Assembly: GCA_018830005.1 (NCBI GenBank)
Contig: JAHJTE010000003.1
Location: 71,674-135,673 of the forward strand
From: Candidatus Omnitrophota bacterium
GTDB taxonomy: Bacteria; Omnitrophota; Gorgyraeia; JAHJTE01
Length of the DNA stretch: 64,000 nucleotides
Direction: 5' to 3'
Part shown: in pieces, positions 21,127 to 30,720 of the stretch
How the letters are laid out: the number at the start of each line of letters is the position of its first letter
How positions within the stretch are numbered: the first letter of the stretch is position 1
Notes under the pieces: generated by a model
Database searches by the model: none
What the model was told of the DNA's origin: nothing
What the model saw: the letters and a program-made list of their open reading frames with translations, nothing else
Program-made: the position numbers and the translations under genes

Positions 21127-22080
21127 CTAAATCTTTATATTTAGTCTGGCTTTCTTACTGTTAAAAAGGCAACGACAGGATGTTGCAAGGCTCTCCTTAA
21201 TCGGATATGAATGCCTGAAGCCAGTAGCTGTTATTTTTTCTTGAGAATAAACTCTGTCTTTCAAAAAAAACTTCAATCTTCTTCCTGCGTAAGGAAAGGC
21301 CAACAAAAAAGGTGTGAATCTCCTGGAAATCTCATAAGGAGGTCTTGCAGAAATTGCACTTGCCATGATATTCATTACCTCTTTTGTAGTCAGGACATCT
21401 CTATCAGCTACAAAAAATGTGCCTTTTAAAAACTCATCATTTCTAAGTGAAAAAATCATGGCATCAACAACATTCTTTACATATACAAGATGAAATTTAC
21501 TTTCTCCTTTATTCACTAAAGGCAGAAGTCTATATTTTAATAAATGTAACATTCTCTTCAAAAGATGCGGCTCATCCTCACCATAGACCATACACGGCCT
21601 TAAGATGACAACCTCAAGCCCCTTCTTTCTATACTCAAGCACTACCTTTTCTGCTTCTATCTTTGATTCTGCGTATATATTGGTTGCAACAAAAGGCAGG
21701 TCTTCTACTAAAGGTATATGCGGATTCCCACTTACTACAGATACAGAACTTAGATAAATCACTCTTTCAACAGCTAATTTTAACGCAAGCCTACAAATAT
21801 TCTCAGTCCCTCTGACATTAACCTTATGCAAGGCATCTATGTTATCATTGAGGACATATCCAGCGCAGTGAAAAATAACGTCTATTTTTTCGTTAATATT
21901 TTTAAACAAAGAGTCAAATTCTGTAATGTCAGCATATATGAATTTTACTCCATATGGCTCTAATATTTTCGTGTTGCTTGCCTTCCTCACCAAGCAAAAA
22001 ATGTTAGCATGAGACTTTGATAATTCTTCTACCAGATGCCTTCCGATAAATCCTGTTGCTCCTGTAACTAAGATATTCAT
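21127..22080 (-). CDS. NAD-dependent epimerase/dehydratase (extended SDR)
   Basis: [13 protein letters not shown] (YxxxK), LRPCMVYG. Confidence 0.9.
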   Translation of the reverse strand: MNILVTGATGFIGRHLVEELSKSHANIFCLVRKASNTKILEPYGVKFIYADITEFDSLFKNINEKIDVIFHCAGYVLNDNIDALHKVNVRGTENICRLALKLAVERVIYLSSVSVVSGNPHIPLVEDLPFVATNIYAESKIEAEKVVLEYRKKGLEVVILRPCMVYGEDEPHLLKRMLHLLKYRLLPLVNKGESKFHLVYVKNVVDAMIFSLRNDEFLKGTFFVADRDVLTTKEVMNIMASAISARPPYEISRRFTPFLLAFPYAGRRLKFFLKDRVYSQEKITATGFRHSYPIKESLATSCRCLFNSKKARLNIKI

Positions 22081-22113
22081 AAGCTTATTTTTTCATTTAC
22101 TAGAGAGCATGAA

Positions 22114-23865
22114 TCATCTTCTTAGTAGTTTCTTGATTTCTATTAATTTACGCCTGGCGTGTTCCTGACCGGTTTTTATAAACAGCCTTGCTTTGTAAAA
22201 CTCATACCAATCTGCAAGCTTAGGAATGGGATGAATATATACGTCAGCTTGCTGGCGAGAGTTTATTGCCATACTATATTCCATGGCGTGGAAACTATTT
22301 ACAATGATATTATAGATATTAAGCCTCTTCTGCTCTAAGCGCACTATATCATGAGGCGAAGGCAATGTGTTAACAGCAATAATCCTTTTTATGCCTATTT
22401 TGGATAAGACACTCACAGGAAGAGGATTGACAATACCACCATCTACAAGCTGGATATCAGAGTTATATCTTACTGGCTCAAATACACCGGGTATGGCAAT
22501 GCTTGCCATAACTGCATCTAGGAGCTTACCTTTATCAATAACAAACTCTCTTCTCTTCTTTATATCACAGGCTACTATTTTTAAAGGTATCTTGGTATCA
22601 GAAAATGTTTTATTCCCTAGATAAGATTTCAAGATTCTTTTTACAGCCCTGCCCTTTATAAGGCCCTTGATCGGCAACGTAGGGTCAACTAAAAGCAATG
22701 TCCTTAATTTACTCTTAAAACTTAAAAATAATTTTTCGATTTCAGAGGTGCTGAAGCCCACAGACCAGAACGAAGCAATAACTGCACCTATGCTTGTTGC
22801 TGATATGATATCTATGGGGATCTTCTCATCCTTTAATACCTTAAGAACTCCGATATGCGCAAGCCCCATTGCACCTCCGCTTCCTAAAACAAGGCCTACT
22901 GCAACTTGGGAAATCTCTCTGGCTATGCGCCTTATTGTCTTCTTATAATTTTGTCTATCTTGTGGAAGTGTGGCAAAAATATCTTTTGAAAGAATTTTAA
23001 GTTTATATGCATAAGGGGTTTCGGCATAGAATCCATCTTGCTTTAAGATTATATATGCAGACTGCTTCCTGTATTTAGCGAATAGTCTCTCTAATCTCTT
23101 AACTAAGGTAGAAACCTTAGTAAGCGAAGCCCCGTCAGAAGCGCTTAGGATATGACAAATATTTGATTGTTTAAAAATTTCAAGATTAATATCATTAACT
23201 TTACCTGAGATATCTACTAAGACATAGTGGTATTCTTCGCTGAAAGAACTTAATCTTAACGCCACATCTCCTTTATTTAATATTGAGGTGGATTTTAGTA
23301 TTAAAACATTTTTACCTGATTCTCTTCTTAGGCTCTTTGCCAGGTCCTGAACATAAGAAGATGCATTCTTGGCACTTTCTAAAGTATAGATTGCTATTAT
23401 TGTACTTTCAAAAATTTCCTTAAAGGTTTTTTGCCTGATTCTCCTGGATAAAGAACGACTTAGGAAAGAGCCGAACTTAGGCACCTTGCGTAGTATATAC
23501 TTAAAATCCTTCCTGACTATCCTTAATAGAAGACAATCATTTAATGTCCTGGCACTTACTGTATGCGGTTGGCCTGTAAGCGAAGAAATAGAGCCAAAAT
23601 AATCACCTCTTCTCACATGCTCAATTATTACATCCTGAGGCTTCCTGGTCTTGGCAGCGGCATGATAAATCTCAACCCTACCGGAAACCATACAATAGAA
23701 ATAATCAGGGGGGTCAGCTTTTTTGTAAATGATCTTACCCCTTTCAAATTCCACTAATTCTAGTTTCGAAGCTATTAACTTTTTCTCAAGGTGAGATAGA
23801 TCCAAGAACAAAGGAAGGCTATCAAGTATTGATAGTTTATTCGTTAGATACGTTGCGTCTGGCAT
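22114..23865 (-). CDS. cNMP-binding domain plus patatin phospholipase (NTE-like)
   Basis: N-terminal cNMP fold (SGRVEI, GDYFG, PHTVSA); GSGGAMG, ATSIG and DGG patatin motifs. Confidence 0.88.
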   Translation of the reverse strand: MPDATYLTNKLSILDSLPLFLDLSHLEKKLIASKLELVEFERGKIIYKKADPPDYFYCMVSGRVEIYHAAAKTRKPQDVIIEHVRRGDYFGSISSLTGQPHTVSARTLNDCLLLRIVRKDFKYILRKVPKFGSFLSRSLSRRIRQKTFKEIFESTIIAIYTLESAKNASSYVQDLAKSLRRESGKNVLILKSTSILNKGDVALRLSSFSEEYHYVLVDISGKVNDINLEIFKQSNICHILSASDGASLTKVSTLVKRLERLFAKYRKQSAYIILKQDGFYAETPYAYKLKILSKDIFATLPQDRQNYKKTIRRIAREISQVAVGLVLGSGGAMGLAHIGVLKVLKDEKIPIDIISATSIGAVIASFWSVGFSTSEIEKLFLSFKSKLRTLLLVDPTLPIKGLIKGRAVKRILKSYLGNKTFSDTKIPLKIVACDIKKRREFVIDKGKLLDAVMASIAIPGVFEPVRYNSDIQLVDGGIVNPLPVSVLSKIGIKRIIAVNTLPSPHDIVRLEQKRLNIYNIIVNSFHAMEYSMAINSRQQADVYIHPIPKLADWYEFYKARLFIKTGQEHARRKLIEIKKLLRR

Positions 23866-23955
23866 GAGAATATTATAACCCGCAAGATAAAAAATCCCAA
23901 GCAAAATTTGCTTGGGATTATCTTTCTCGCCGACTCTACCTAACTATAATTCTTT

Positions 23956-25644
23956 TCATTCAAGGGAGTCAGCTTGTTTCTGTAGCTCTATAATCTTTGT
24001 GGATACAAATTTATTAAGCTTTTTTCTTTCTATAAAACCTTCTAATCTTTTATCTTTATTAATTACCGGTAAATATTCAATATCGTATCTATTCAATATC
24101 TCCTTGACTTCAGATATCAGCGTCTCAGAAGATATACTAGCTATAACCGGTTGCATCAAATCATGAGCTAGAATAAGACCTCCTATGTCCCTTTCCAAGA
24201 ATGTCTGTTTTATCCCCTCAATGGTTATGATGCCCAACAATGTTTTATTTCTATTGATTACCGGATAATATAAATTATCGTGTTCGCTAAAGGCCCTTAA
24301 GATGTCTTCCAGTTTCATATTATCATATATCAGTGGCGGGTTTTTATCCATAAGCTCTTTAGCGCTGCTTTTCTGGATTATGTCTTCCTCTGTTATATTT
24401 AATCCCACCTCGCCAGCTTTTGTTACTGCTACCCTGACAAGTACAGGACCAATAAGCTCAAGGATAAAGGCAGTAGCGGTTATAATGATAATTATTGCAT
24501 TGCTGATTTCACCCGGAAAGTAATGGCTTGCCAAAATAGACAAACCAATCGCAACGCCTGCTTGACTTAAAAGACATAGTGGCAGATATTTTTGGACTGA
24601 TTTCGCTGCACCCGAGATAAACGCTCCGAATCTTGCACCTATAGCCTTACCCCCTGTTCTTGCAACAAGATAAACAACTCCAAGTAAGATTATGGGTGGC
24701 GTCATATGGCTTATATTGAGTTTTGCGCCCACAAGCACAAAAAAGAGAACATAGATTGGTGGAGTAAAGGCCTCGACTAATTTAAATACATCTCTGCTTT
24801 TTCGCGGCGTAAAATTAGAAACAATAACTCCCAATGTCATAGCTGCTAACAACATATCAACGTGTATTGCTATAGCCAAACCTGAAACAAGCAGTACTGT
24901 GCCGATAGAAAATGCAAGCAGTCTTGCATCCTCAGAATACTTTTTTAACAGCCTATTAAGAATTAACCCTGCAAAACCCCCTATTGTTATAGACATGCCA
25001 ATTTCATATAAAGGATTTATAAATATTCTGGAAAAACCGCTGTGGACATTGCCGATTAAACTACCCGCAACACTTGAGGCAATAGCAAAAAGCAAAAGTG
25101 CCAAACCATCATCTAAAGCAACAATGCCTAATACAGTCCTGGTCAAAGGTCCTCGTGTTTTATATTCTCGTAAAACTTCAGTAGTAGCGGCAGGAGCTGT
25201 AGCTGATGCAATTGAGCCTAATAACAAACCAAGCGCCCATGCAAACCTCCAATCTCCGAATAATAGCGTTCCTATCACACCTACCAATATAGAAACCGCT
25301 AAAAAAGCAGCAATACCTTCAAAAAGTAGAATATTTATCAGCTGCTTTCCATATTTAGTTAGGACCTCTCTCTTTAATTCTCCTCCAATCATAAAGCCGA
25401 TTAATCCCAAAGCAAAATAATTAAAGGGCTCTAAGGATTTAATTACGTCATGCTCTATTAACCTTAGGCCCGACTCACCAATAATAATACCTATGGCAAT
25501 ATAACCTACTACTTGCGGAATGCGTAATTTCTGAAAAAGACGACCCCCCACAGTGCCGCCAAATAATGCCAATCCCAAAAGAAACAATACATTTAAATGG
25601 GAAATAGATATTTTGGTCAAAATATACTCTATCTGTTCAAGCAT
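23956..25644 (-). CDS. Cation:proton antiporter (CPA2-like) with C-terminal CBS pair
   Basis: ATAPAAT, GIVALDD, FFVLVGAKL, SQAGVAIGL; CBS repeats (YYPVIN, YLPVIN). Confidence 0.9.
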   Translation of the reverse strand: MLEQIEYILTKISISHLNVLFLLGLALFGGTVGGRLFQKLRIPQVVGYIAIGIIIGESGLRLIEHDVIKSLEPFNYFALGLIGFMIGGELKREVLTKYGKQLINILLFEGIAAFLAVSILVGVIGTLLFGDWRFAWALGLLLGSIASATAPAATTEVLREYKTRGPLTRTVLGIVALDDGLALLLFAIASSVAGSLIGNVHSGFSRIFINPLYEIGMSITIGGFAGLILNRLLKKYSEDARLLAFSIGTVLLVSGLAIAIHVDMLLAAMTLGVIVSNFTPRKSRDVFKLVEAFTPPIYVLFFVLVGAKLNISHMTPPIILLGVVYLVARTGGKAIGARFGAFISGAAKSVQKYLPLCLLSQAGVAIGLSILASHYFPGEISNAIIIIITATAFILELIGPVLVRVAVTKAGEVGLNITEEDIIQKSSAKELMDKNPPLIYDNMKLEDILRAFSEHDNLYYPVINRNKTLLGIITIEGIKQTFLERDIGGLILAHDLMQPVIASISSETLISEVKEILNRYDIEYLPVINKDKRLEGFIERKKLNKFVSTKIIELQKQADSLE

Positions 25645-25661
25645 ACAACACCTTCTTAAAA

Positions 25662-25690
25662 ATAAAAACCCCTACTAAAATAGTAGGAGT
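25662..25690 (-). terminator. Expression-platform terminator of the fluoride-like riboswitch
   Basis: CUCCUACUA-UUU-UAGUAGGGG followed by a U-tract. Confidence 0.75.
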
Positions 25691-25735
25691 TATCAACCCA
25701 AGGTAGTTATCTTAGGGCGGACTCCTTTACCTTTA
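25682..25735 (-). ncRNA. Fluoride (crcB) riboswitch-like aptamer
   Basis: Minus strand reads GGUAAAGGAGUCCGCC...AACUACCUUGGGUUGAUAACUCCUAC; pseudoknot GGAGU/ACUCC; overlaps a terminator. Confidence 0.75.
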
Positions 25736-25846
25736 TATAAATATGTTACTCCCGACTTAAACTTAAGTCAATTAAAAAAATATCCCAGCTCTACTCACAA
25801 CAGGAGATGGATTTAAATTTCCCTGAAAACCCATGCTAAACAAATA

Positions 25847-26626
25847 TCATTTAAGGACTTCCAGCATCTGCTTATGAATCTTGCCATTAGAGGCCACAAT
25901 AAAAGATTTCTCTATATTAACGCCTTGGCCGTCTCTTCCAGTAACCTTACCACCTGCCTCCTCCACAATGAGCTTTCCTGCCGCAAAATCCCAGGGGCTT
26001 AAAATGAATTCCCAAAAACCAGATGCCCTACCGCAGGCAATATAACAAAGGTCTAGGGCAGCTGAACCGAATCTTCTTAAGCCCACGATATTTTTAAGAA
26101 AAAATCGCTTTATATTTTCTAGATTCTCAATCATCTGTCTGCCTCTATCATAATAAAATCCAGTAATAAGTAGTGCTTCCTCTAATTTATCCGCATCTGT
26201 TACGCTGATTTTTTTGCCATTTAGATATGCACCGCGATTACGCTGGGCAAAGAAGAGTTCGTCATGCACTACATCATAGACAACGCCTAGGACTATCCTA
26301 TCTCTCTTTGCTAATGCAATAGAAACACAAAAAATAGGTAATCCGTGAGAAAAATTATTCGTGCCATCAAGGGGATCTATGATCCATGTGTATTCTGAAT
26401 CCGTCCTTTTATATTTATTCTCTTCTGCTAGGAAATTATGTCCGAGAAAATAATCCCTGATTAGGGAAACGATTTTCTTCTCAGATTCAATATCTGCAAT
26501 CGTAACCCGGTCAAAGCTCGTTGACTTTGTTCTAATTTCTATATTCTTAGTGAAATATTTCTTATGGATCTTGCCTGCTTGCCTAGCTGCCTCTATCGCT
26601 ACCTTTGCAAATTTATCCTTATTCAT
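25847..26626 (-). CDS. suhB: Inositol monophosphatase family protein
   Basis: AEE, WIIDPLDGTNNF, RRFGSAALD, PWDFAAG. Confidence 0.9.
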   Translation of the reverse strand: MNKDKFAKVAIEAARQAGKIHKKYFTKNIEIRTKSTSFDRVTIADIESEKKIVSLIRDYFLGHNFLAEENKYKRTDSEYTWIIDPLDGTNNFSHGLPIFCVSIALAKRDRIVLGVVYDVVHDELFFAQRNRGAYLNGKKISVTDADKLEEALLITGFYYDRGRQMIENLENIKRFFLKNIVGLRRFGSAALDLCYIACGRASGFWEFILSPWDFAAGKLIVEEAGGKVTGRDGQGVNIEKSFIVASNGKIHKQMLEVLK

Positions 26627-26652
26627 AGCCGGCAACTTTCCCTTATATGATC

Positions 26653-27612
26653 TCAAGTTAAGACAGTTTGCAATAAATTAAACAGATATCCTGTAAAAAT
26701 AATCGCCAAAGTTACAATTGCAAAAAATATAGCTATTAACTTCAATTTCATGGCCCTTCTTAGCATAACCGCCTCCGGAAAACTCAAAGCAGCTACTGCC
26801 ATCATAAATGCTAATGTTGTTCCTAAGGGAATTCCTTTTTTAAACAAGACTACGGCAATTGGGACTATTGCAGCGCAACTTCCATACATCGGCACCCCCA
26901 AGACTGTTGCAATTGGAACTGAGAATATCCCTGTCTTGGCTATTATTGACTGGATCGTCTCTTGCGGGACATAATTATGTATTAATGCTCCTATGCCTAC
27001 AGCTATTAATATCCAAAACCATAACTTCTTAATGATTGACTTAGTCTCATCTATTGCAAAGGAGATCCTAGCTCTTAGGCCTTGATAGTTATTCTTATCA
27101 GCTAATTCTACATCCTGAGAAAACATATCCTGAACAAGCTGAGTTTCTAAATTCATCCTGCCTAATATTAACCCTGCTAGCGTGCCTATCAAAATTCCGC
27201 TTATCACATAAAGAAGAGTGATTTTCCAGCCAAAAAAACCAAGCATTAGAACTGCTAAGTATTCATTGAGTAAAGGAGAGGTAATAAGAAATGAAAAGGC
27301 GATTCCCAGAGGAATGCCTGCTTTTAGGAAACTCAAAAAAATCGGGATAGATGAACAGGAACAAAAAGGCGTTATAGCTCCAAAGATTGAGGCAAATAGA
27401 TTCCCGAATCCTCTTTTGGCAACAATCCAGTTCCTCACCTTATAGGCAGGTATGTAAGTCCTCAAGAAAGCAATAACTGAAATCATCACAGAAAGCAATA
27501 ATGTAATCTTTACTGAATCGTAAATAAAGAAGTTAAGAGAATTGATCAATTTAGATTCGGGATTTAATCTAAATAACGAATAGACTAGCCAATCAACAAT
27601 TAACTGCAGCAT
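26653..27612 (-). CDS. ArsP/DUF318-family permease
   Basis: [22 protein letters not shown]. Confidence 0.88.
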   Translation of the reverse strand: MLQLIVDWLVYSLFRLNPESKLINSLNFFIYDSVKITLLLSVMISVIAFLRTYIPAYKVRNWIVAKRGFGNLFASIFGAITPFCSCSSIPIFLSFLKAGIPLGIAFSFLITSPLLNEYLAVLMLGFFGWKITLLYVISGILIGTLAGLILGRMNLETQLVQDMFSQDVELADKNNYQGLRARISFAIDETKSIIKKLWFWILIAVGIGALIHNYVPQETIQSIIAKTGIFSVPIATVLGVPMYGSCAAIVPIAVVLFKKGIPLGTTLAFMMAVAALSFPEAVMLRRAMKLKLIAIFFAIVTLAIIFTGYLFNLLQTVLT

Positions 27613-27746
27613 GAGTTACCTTTTGCATTGTCTTTAGACGAACAGCAAGGAGTTTCTTTCGCCTTTTTCTCTAATTTTTTGTCAAGCGCTTCAGTTTTAT
27701 CTTTGAAAAAATTATTGATTTTCTCAAATAGTTTATTTTTTTTCAT
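27600..27746 (-). CDS. 48-aa protein with two CC pairs (not in the ORF track)
   Basis: [48 protein letters not shown]; AGGAGG RBS; overlaps the permease start. Confidence 0.7.
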   Translation of the reverse strand: MKKNKLFEKINNFFKDKTEALDKKLEKKAKETPCCSSKDNAKGNSCCS

Positions 27747-27795
27747 ACATCCTCCTTTTTGTTAACGTTTCTTACAGCAGCCGCAATCAGGGCTG

Positions 27796-28515
27796 TTAAA
27801 TTAGACTTGGTCCAATTTTCTCTTGTACGATATCTCTAAGATGGGCGAAATCGGCGGGTTTGAAATCTTCTGTATTAACTGCAGGAAGCACCTTTAACTC
27901 AGCGGATACCTTTGTTTTGAAAATCCAGCTTCCTTTAGTGATGGCTTCTCTGGTGCCGCTTATACAGATGGGGAGAATAGGTTTATGTTCTTTTATAGCA
28001 AGCTTAAAAGCCCCGTTCTGGAACTTGTTCATCTCATCTGTTTGACTACGGGTACCTTCTGGAAAAAACAATACTGACATGTCTTTCTGAAGCCAACGGG
28101 CAGCTTCTCTATAAACCTTCTTAATGCTCCCGAACTTCCCCCTGGAAAGCTTGATGTGCTTTATAAGGGAAAGGTTCCATCCCACAAACGGTACTTTAAA
28201 GAGGCTTTCTTTCGCCACCCACTTGAATTGCATATGGGTCTTATATAACACTACAATGTCGGCCAGGCTTTGGTGATTAGCAACTACTACATATGTTTTG
28301 CGTGGATCAATATTTTCCAAACCGCTTACGCGAATATTCCAATACGGATTCAAGCCTATTACGGCATCCGCCCACCAGAAACACTGCGCATGAGCAAATT
28401 TCCTTTTTTTATCAAAAGGTAGAGATATAACTACTGCAAAGAACACTACAAAAAAAAGAAGAATTGTTATTATAGCAGTAATTACCCATATTGTTATTGA
28501 TAGCAAGGCCTTCAT
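27796..28515 (-). CDS. plsC: 1-acyl-sn-glycerol-3-phosphate acyltransferase
   Basis: NHQSLAD and FPEGTRS motifs. Confidence 0.92.
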   Translation of the reverse strand: MKALLSITIWVITAIITILLFFVVFFAVVISLPFDKKRKFAHAQCFWWADAVIGLNPYWNIRVSGLENIDPRKTYVVVANHQSLADIVVLYKTHMQFKWVAKESLFKVPFVGWNLSLIKHIKLSRGKFGSIKKVYREAARWLQKDMSVLFFPEGTRSQTDEMNKFQNGAFKLAIKEHKPILPICISGTREAITKGSWIFKTKVSAELKVLPAVNTEDFKPADFAHLRDIVQEKIGPSLI

Positions 28516-28556
28516 ATGATATTCCTATTTTCTAATCCTTCCTATTGATTTTATAA

Positions 28557-28592
28557 CAAAACCCACTGCAATATATTATATCACAGTGGGCT
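28557..28592 (-). terminator. Intrinsic terminator after thi4
   Basis: cccactgcaata...tatcacagtggg stem with an adjacent A-run. Confidence 0.7.
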
Positions 28593-28611
28593 CTATAAAA
28601 TAAGAGGAAAT

Positions 28612-29430
28612 CTAAACAGTAATTTCTTCTTTCGCCTGTGAAAATTCTTTTTCCGTGCTACTGGAGAGAAATTGTATGGCTATCTCTGCAGCCTTTTTGC
28701 CTGAAAATAGCATACCGCCAAAAGTCGGTCCCATACGCGGTATTCCATAAGCAGTCGAAACAGCCATGCCGCTCACAATCAAGCCAGGATATATCTGATT
28801 TGTATTTTCTACAACTAAATCTTCCGAAGAATTAACATCCATAGGCCCAAATCCTTCTAATTTCAAAAGTTTTCTCTTTTCTAGGGCGCGGCAAACGCAC
28901 GCATCATGACCAGTGGCATCAATAACGACTTTAGACTCTAAAGAAATAGGATCAACACATGTAATTTGTCTAGGCAGAGCTGACACGGGTGTCCAATTTA
29001 TAACTACGCCCTCCACTCTTTTATTACGGTAAACCACATCATCAAATTTAGTCATATTTAAGATTTTGACTCCTGCATCACAAGCGCTGGATATAAGTTT
29101 TGAGCAGGCATTTGGTCCATCAGCAGTAAATAAGCCTTCTTCTGCCTGCTTGTATGGAACCTTGAGCTCATCTAGAATACTTTGAGCCGGCGCCCGGAAG
29201 GTAAGTGTATTCATTAAATACCCACCAATCCAAAAACCGCCACCTAAATAGTTATTGGCCTCAATAACTAATGTCTTAAATCCGCTTCTGGCTAAATCTC
29301 TAGCTGCTATAAGTCCGCTGGGACCACCGCCAACAACTATCGCGTCTGAAATAATGTACTCATCTAACCACTTGCTAAACTCTCCTAAAATCGCCCTGCT
29401 TATTTTTGCCTCACTAACCTTTTGGAACAT
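28612..29430 (-). CDS. thi4: Thiazole synthase Thi4 (Cys-type active site)
   Basis: GGGPSG, LGGGFWIGG, ITCVDP, DATGHD, PRMGPTFGGM; TPP riboswitch upstream. Confidence 0.93.
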   Translation of the reverse strand: MFQKVSEAKISRAILGEFSKWLDEYIISDAIVVGGGPSGLIAARDLARSGFKTLVIEANNYLGGGFWIGGYLMNTLTFRAPAQSILDELKVPYKQAEEGLFTADGPNACSKLISSACDAGVKILNMTKFDDVVYRNKRVEGVVINWTPVSALPRQITCVDPISLESKVVIDATGHDACVCRALEKRKLLKLEGFGPMDVNSSEDLVVENTNQIYPGLIVSGMAVSTAYGIPRMGPTFGGMLFSGKKAAEIAIQFLSSSTEKEFSQAKEEITV

Positions 29431-29450
29431 ATCTGCACCTCCCTTTAAAA

Positions 29451-29480
29451 TAAAAAACCCTATGCCAACACATAGGGTTA
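29451..29480 (-). terminator. TPP riboswitch terminator
   Basis: AACCCUAUG-loop-CAUAGGGUUUUUU on the minus strand. Confidence 0.8.
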
Positions 29481-29494
29481 AGTTTAAAACATCA

Positions 29495-29590
29495 TCATCT
29501 TCCCTCCGCTGGCATTATCCAGATCAGGTTCATTGGGTCATCTGCTTAAAAGCAGAACTCTCAGATCGTTACACGACCTCCCCATTGTCA
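29495..29590 (-). ncRNA. TPP riboswitch
   Basis: Minus strand GGGG...CUGAGA...GACCC...GAACCUGAUCUGGAUAAUGCCAGCGGAGGGAAG. Confidence 0.95.
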
Positions 29591-29724
29591 ATTATATTAA
29601 ATCACTATTTTCCTCTTTTGTCAATAATACATTAAATTCTCCAAATTATAGTCCTCGCTCCTGCCCCAAGGCTATGATTTTCCTAACTGGTTAGGAAGCC
29701 TTAAGGAATACTGCTTTAAAAAAA

Positions 29725-30090
29725 CTAATGACAACTGTGGTCAATGCAGGCATTCTCAACAGTAATTTCTTCTAGTCTGCCTTCTTTATATCTCTTAATT
29801 ATTTCCTCTACTGTTTCAGCGCGTACCCTATAAACACTAATACCACCCTCATTAAGTTTTGAGACGGCTCTTGCTCCCATTCCAGCGCAGACTACTGCAT
29901 CAATACCCTTTTTATCTAATGCCTTTAGGGGATGACACATCCCGTGCATATGATGATTATCGCTATTATTAATGATCTCAAAGGTATTTTTGTCTGTATC
30001 GTAGATTAGAAAATAAGGTGCACTTCCAAAATGAGCATTAACTTTTGCCTTAATACCTTCTTTTGTTTCTATAGGAATGCAAATCTTCAT
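29725..30090 (-). CDS. NifB/NifX-family (FeMo-cofactor-binding-like) protein
   Basis: HFGSAPYF, DAVVCAGMGARA; ATGA-coupled to the DUF134 gene. Confidence 0.85.
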   Translation of the reverse strand: MKICIPIETKEGIKAKVNAHFGSAPYFLIYDTDKNTFEIINNSDNHHMHGMCHPLKALDKKGIDAVVCAGMGARAVSKLNEGGISVYRVRAETVEEIIKRYKEGRLEEITVENACIDHSCH

Positions 30091-30560
30091 CTTTGGCCCC
30101 TCCAACATCTACCCCTTCCACCACCAAAACCACCTGCTCCTGCCCGACCTCTGCCTTGTGGCGCTCTATGGATATTTAGGCTCCTACACTTAGGGCATTC
30201 ATTTGGTCTGCCAGAGCCATAGGCTAGACTCCACTCATTCTCGCAATCATAACAGGTAAAATGTTTTTCCATCATTTTAACAACACCTCCTTCTATTTTT
30301 AATGCCTTGCTATTAACTAACGCATCTGCAATCTTTTTATGTGCAGAAATAACTATATTCCCGAAGGTTTGCCTTGAGACATTCATCTTTTTAGCAGCAT
30401 CTTCCTGATAATTGCCTTCTAAATCGGCAAGTCTTATTGCCTCAAGTTCATCCATGGTTAAATCAATTTCATCTAATAAATCAGCGGGTATACCTCTGGG
30501 TTTAAAATAATTTGCATCTGGCCTGCAACGAACCCTGCGGCATCTAAATGGTCTTGGCAT
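30087..30560 (-). CDS. DUF134 HTH protein with Zn ribbon and Gly/Arg-rich tail
   Basis: MPRPFRCRRV, FKPRGIP, ELEAIRLADLEG, MNVSRQTF, ALKIEGG; CxxC...CxxC. Confidence 0.88.
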   Translation of the reverse strand: MPRPFRCRRVRCRPDANYFKPRGIPADLLDEIDLTMDELEAIRLADLEGNYQEDAAKKMNVSRQTFGNIVISAHKKIADALVNSKALKIEGGVVKMMEKHFTCYDCENEWSLAYGSGRPNECPKCRSLNIHRAPQGRGRAGAGGFGGGRGRCWRGQR

Positions 30561-30577
30561 TTCAGCCTCCAATAGTT

Positions 30578-30593
30578 ATTGGCATATGCTAAT
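30578..30593. promoter_or_regulatory. Palindrome, candidate DUF134 autoregulatory operator
   Basis: attggcatatgctaat (near-perfect inverted repeat) lying between a TTGACA on the minus strand (about 30620) and the RBS. Confidence 0.55.
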
Positions 30594-30638
30594 TATAAAA
30601 TAACATATTCCGTTAGACTTGTCAAGTCCCCTGCAAAC

Positions 30639-30677
30639 AATAACCCTCTGCAGCTAAATACATTGCAGAGGGTTATT
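30639..30677. terminator. Hairpin terminator after the ECF operon
   Basis: aataaccctctgca...tgcagagggttatt. Confidence 0.7.
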
Positions 30678-30720
30678 GGAAAGTGTTTTTTAGACTATTT
30701 CTAAAGAAGATCTTACTTTT

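Noticed and set aside
22114-23865. Patatin as a CBASS/CapV-type defence effector
   Set aside because: No CD-NTase or other defence gene nearby; the cNMP-patatin layout is NTE-like.
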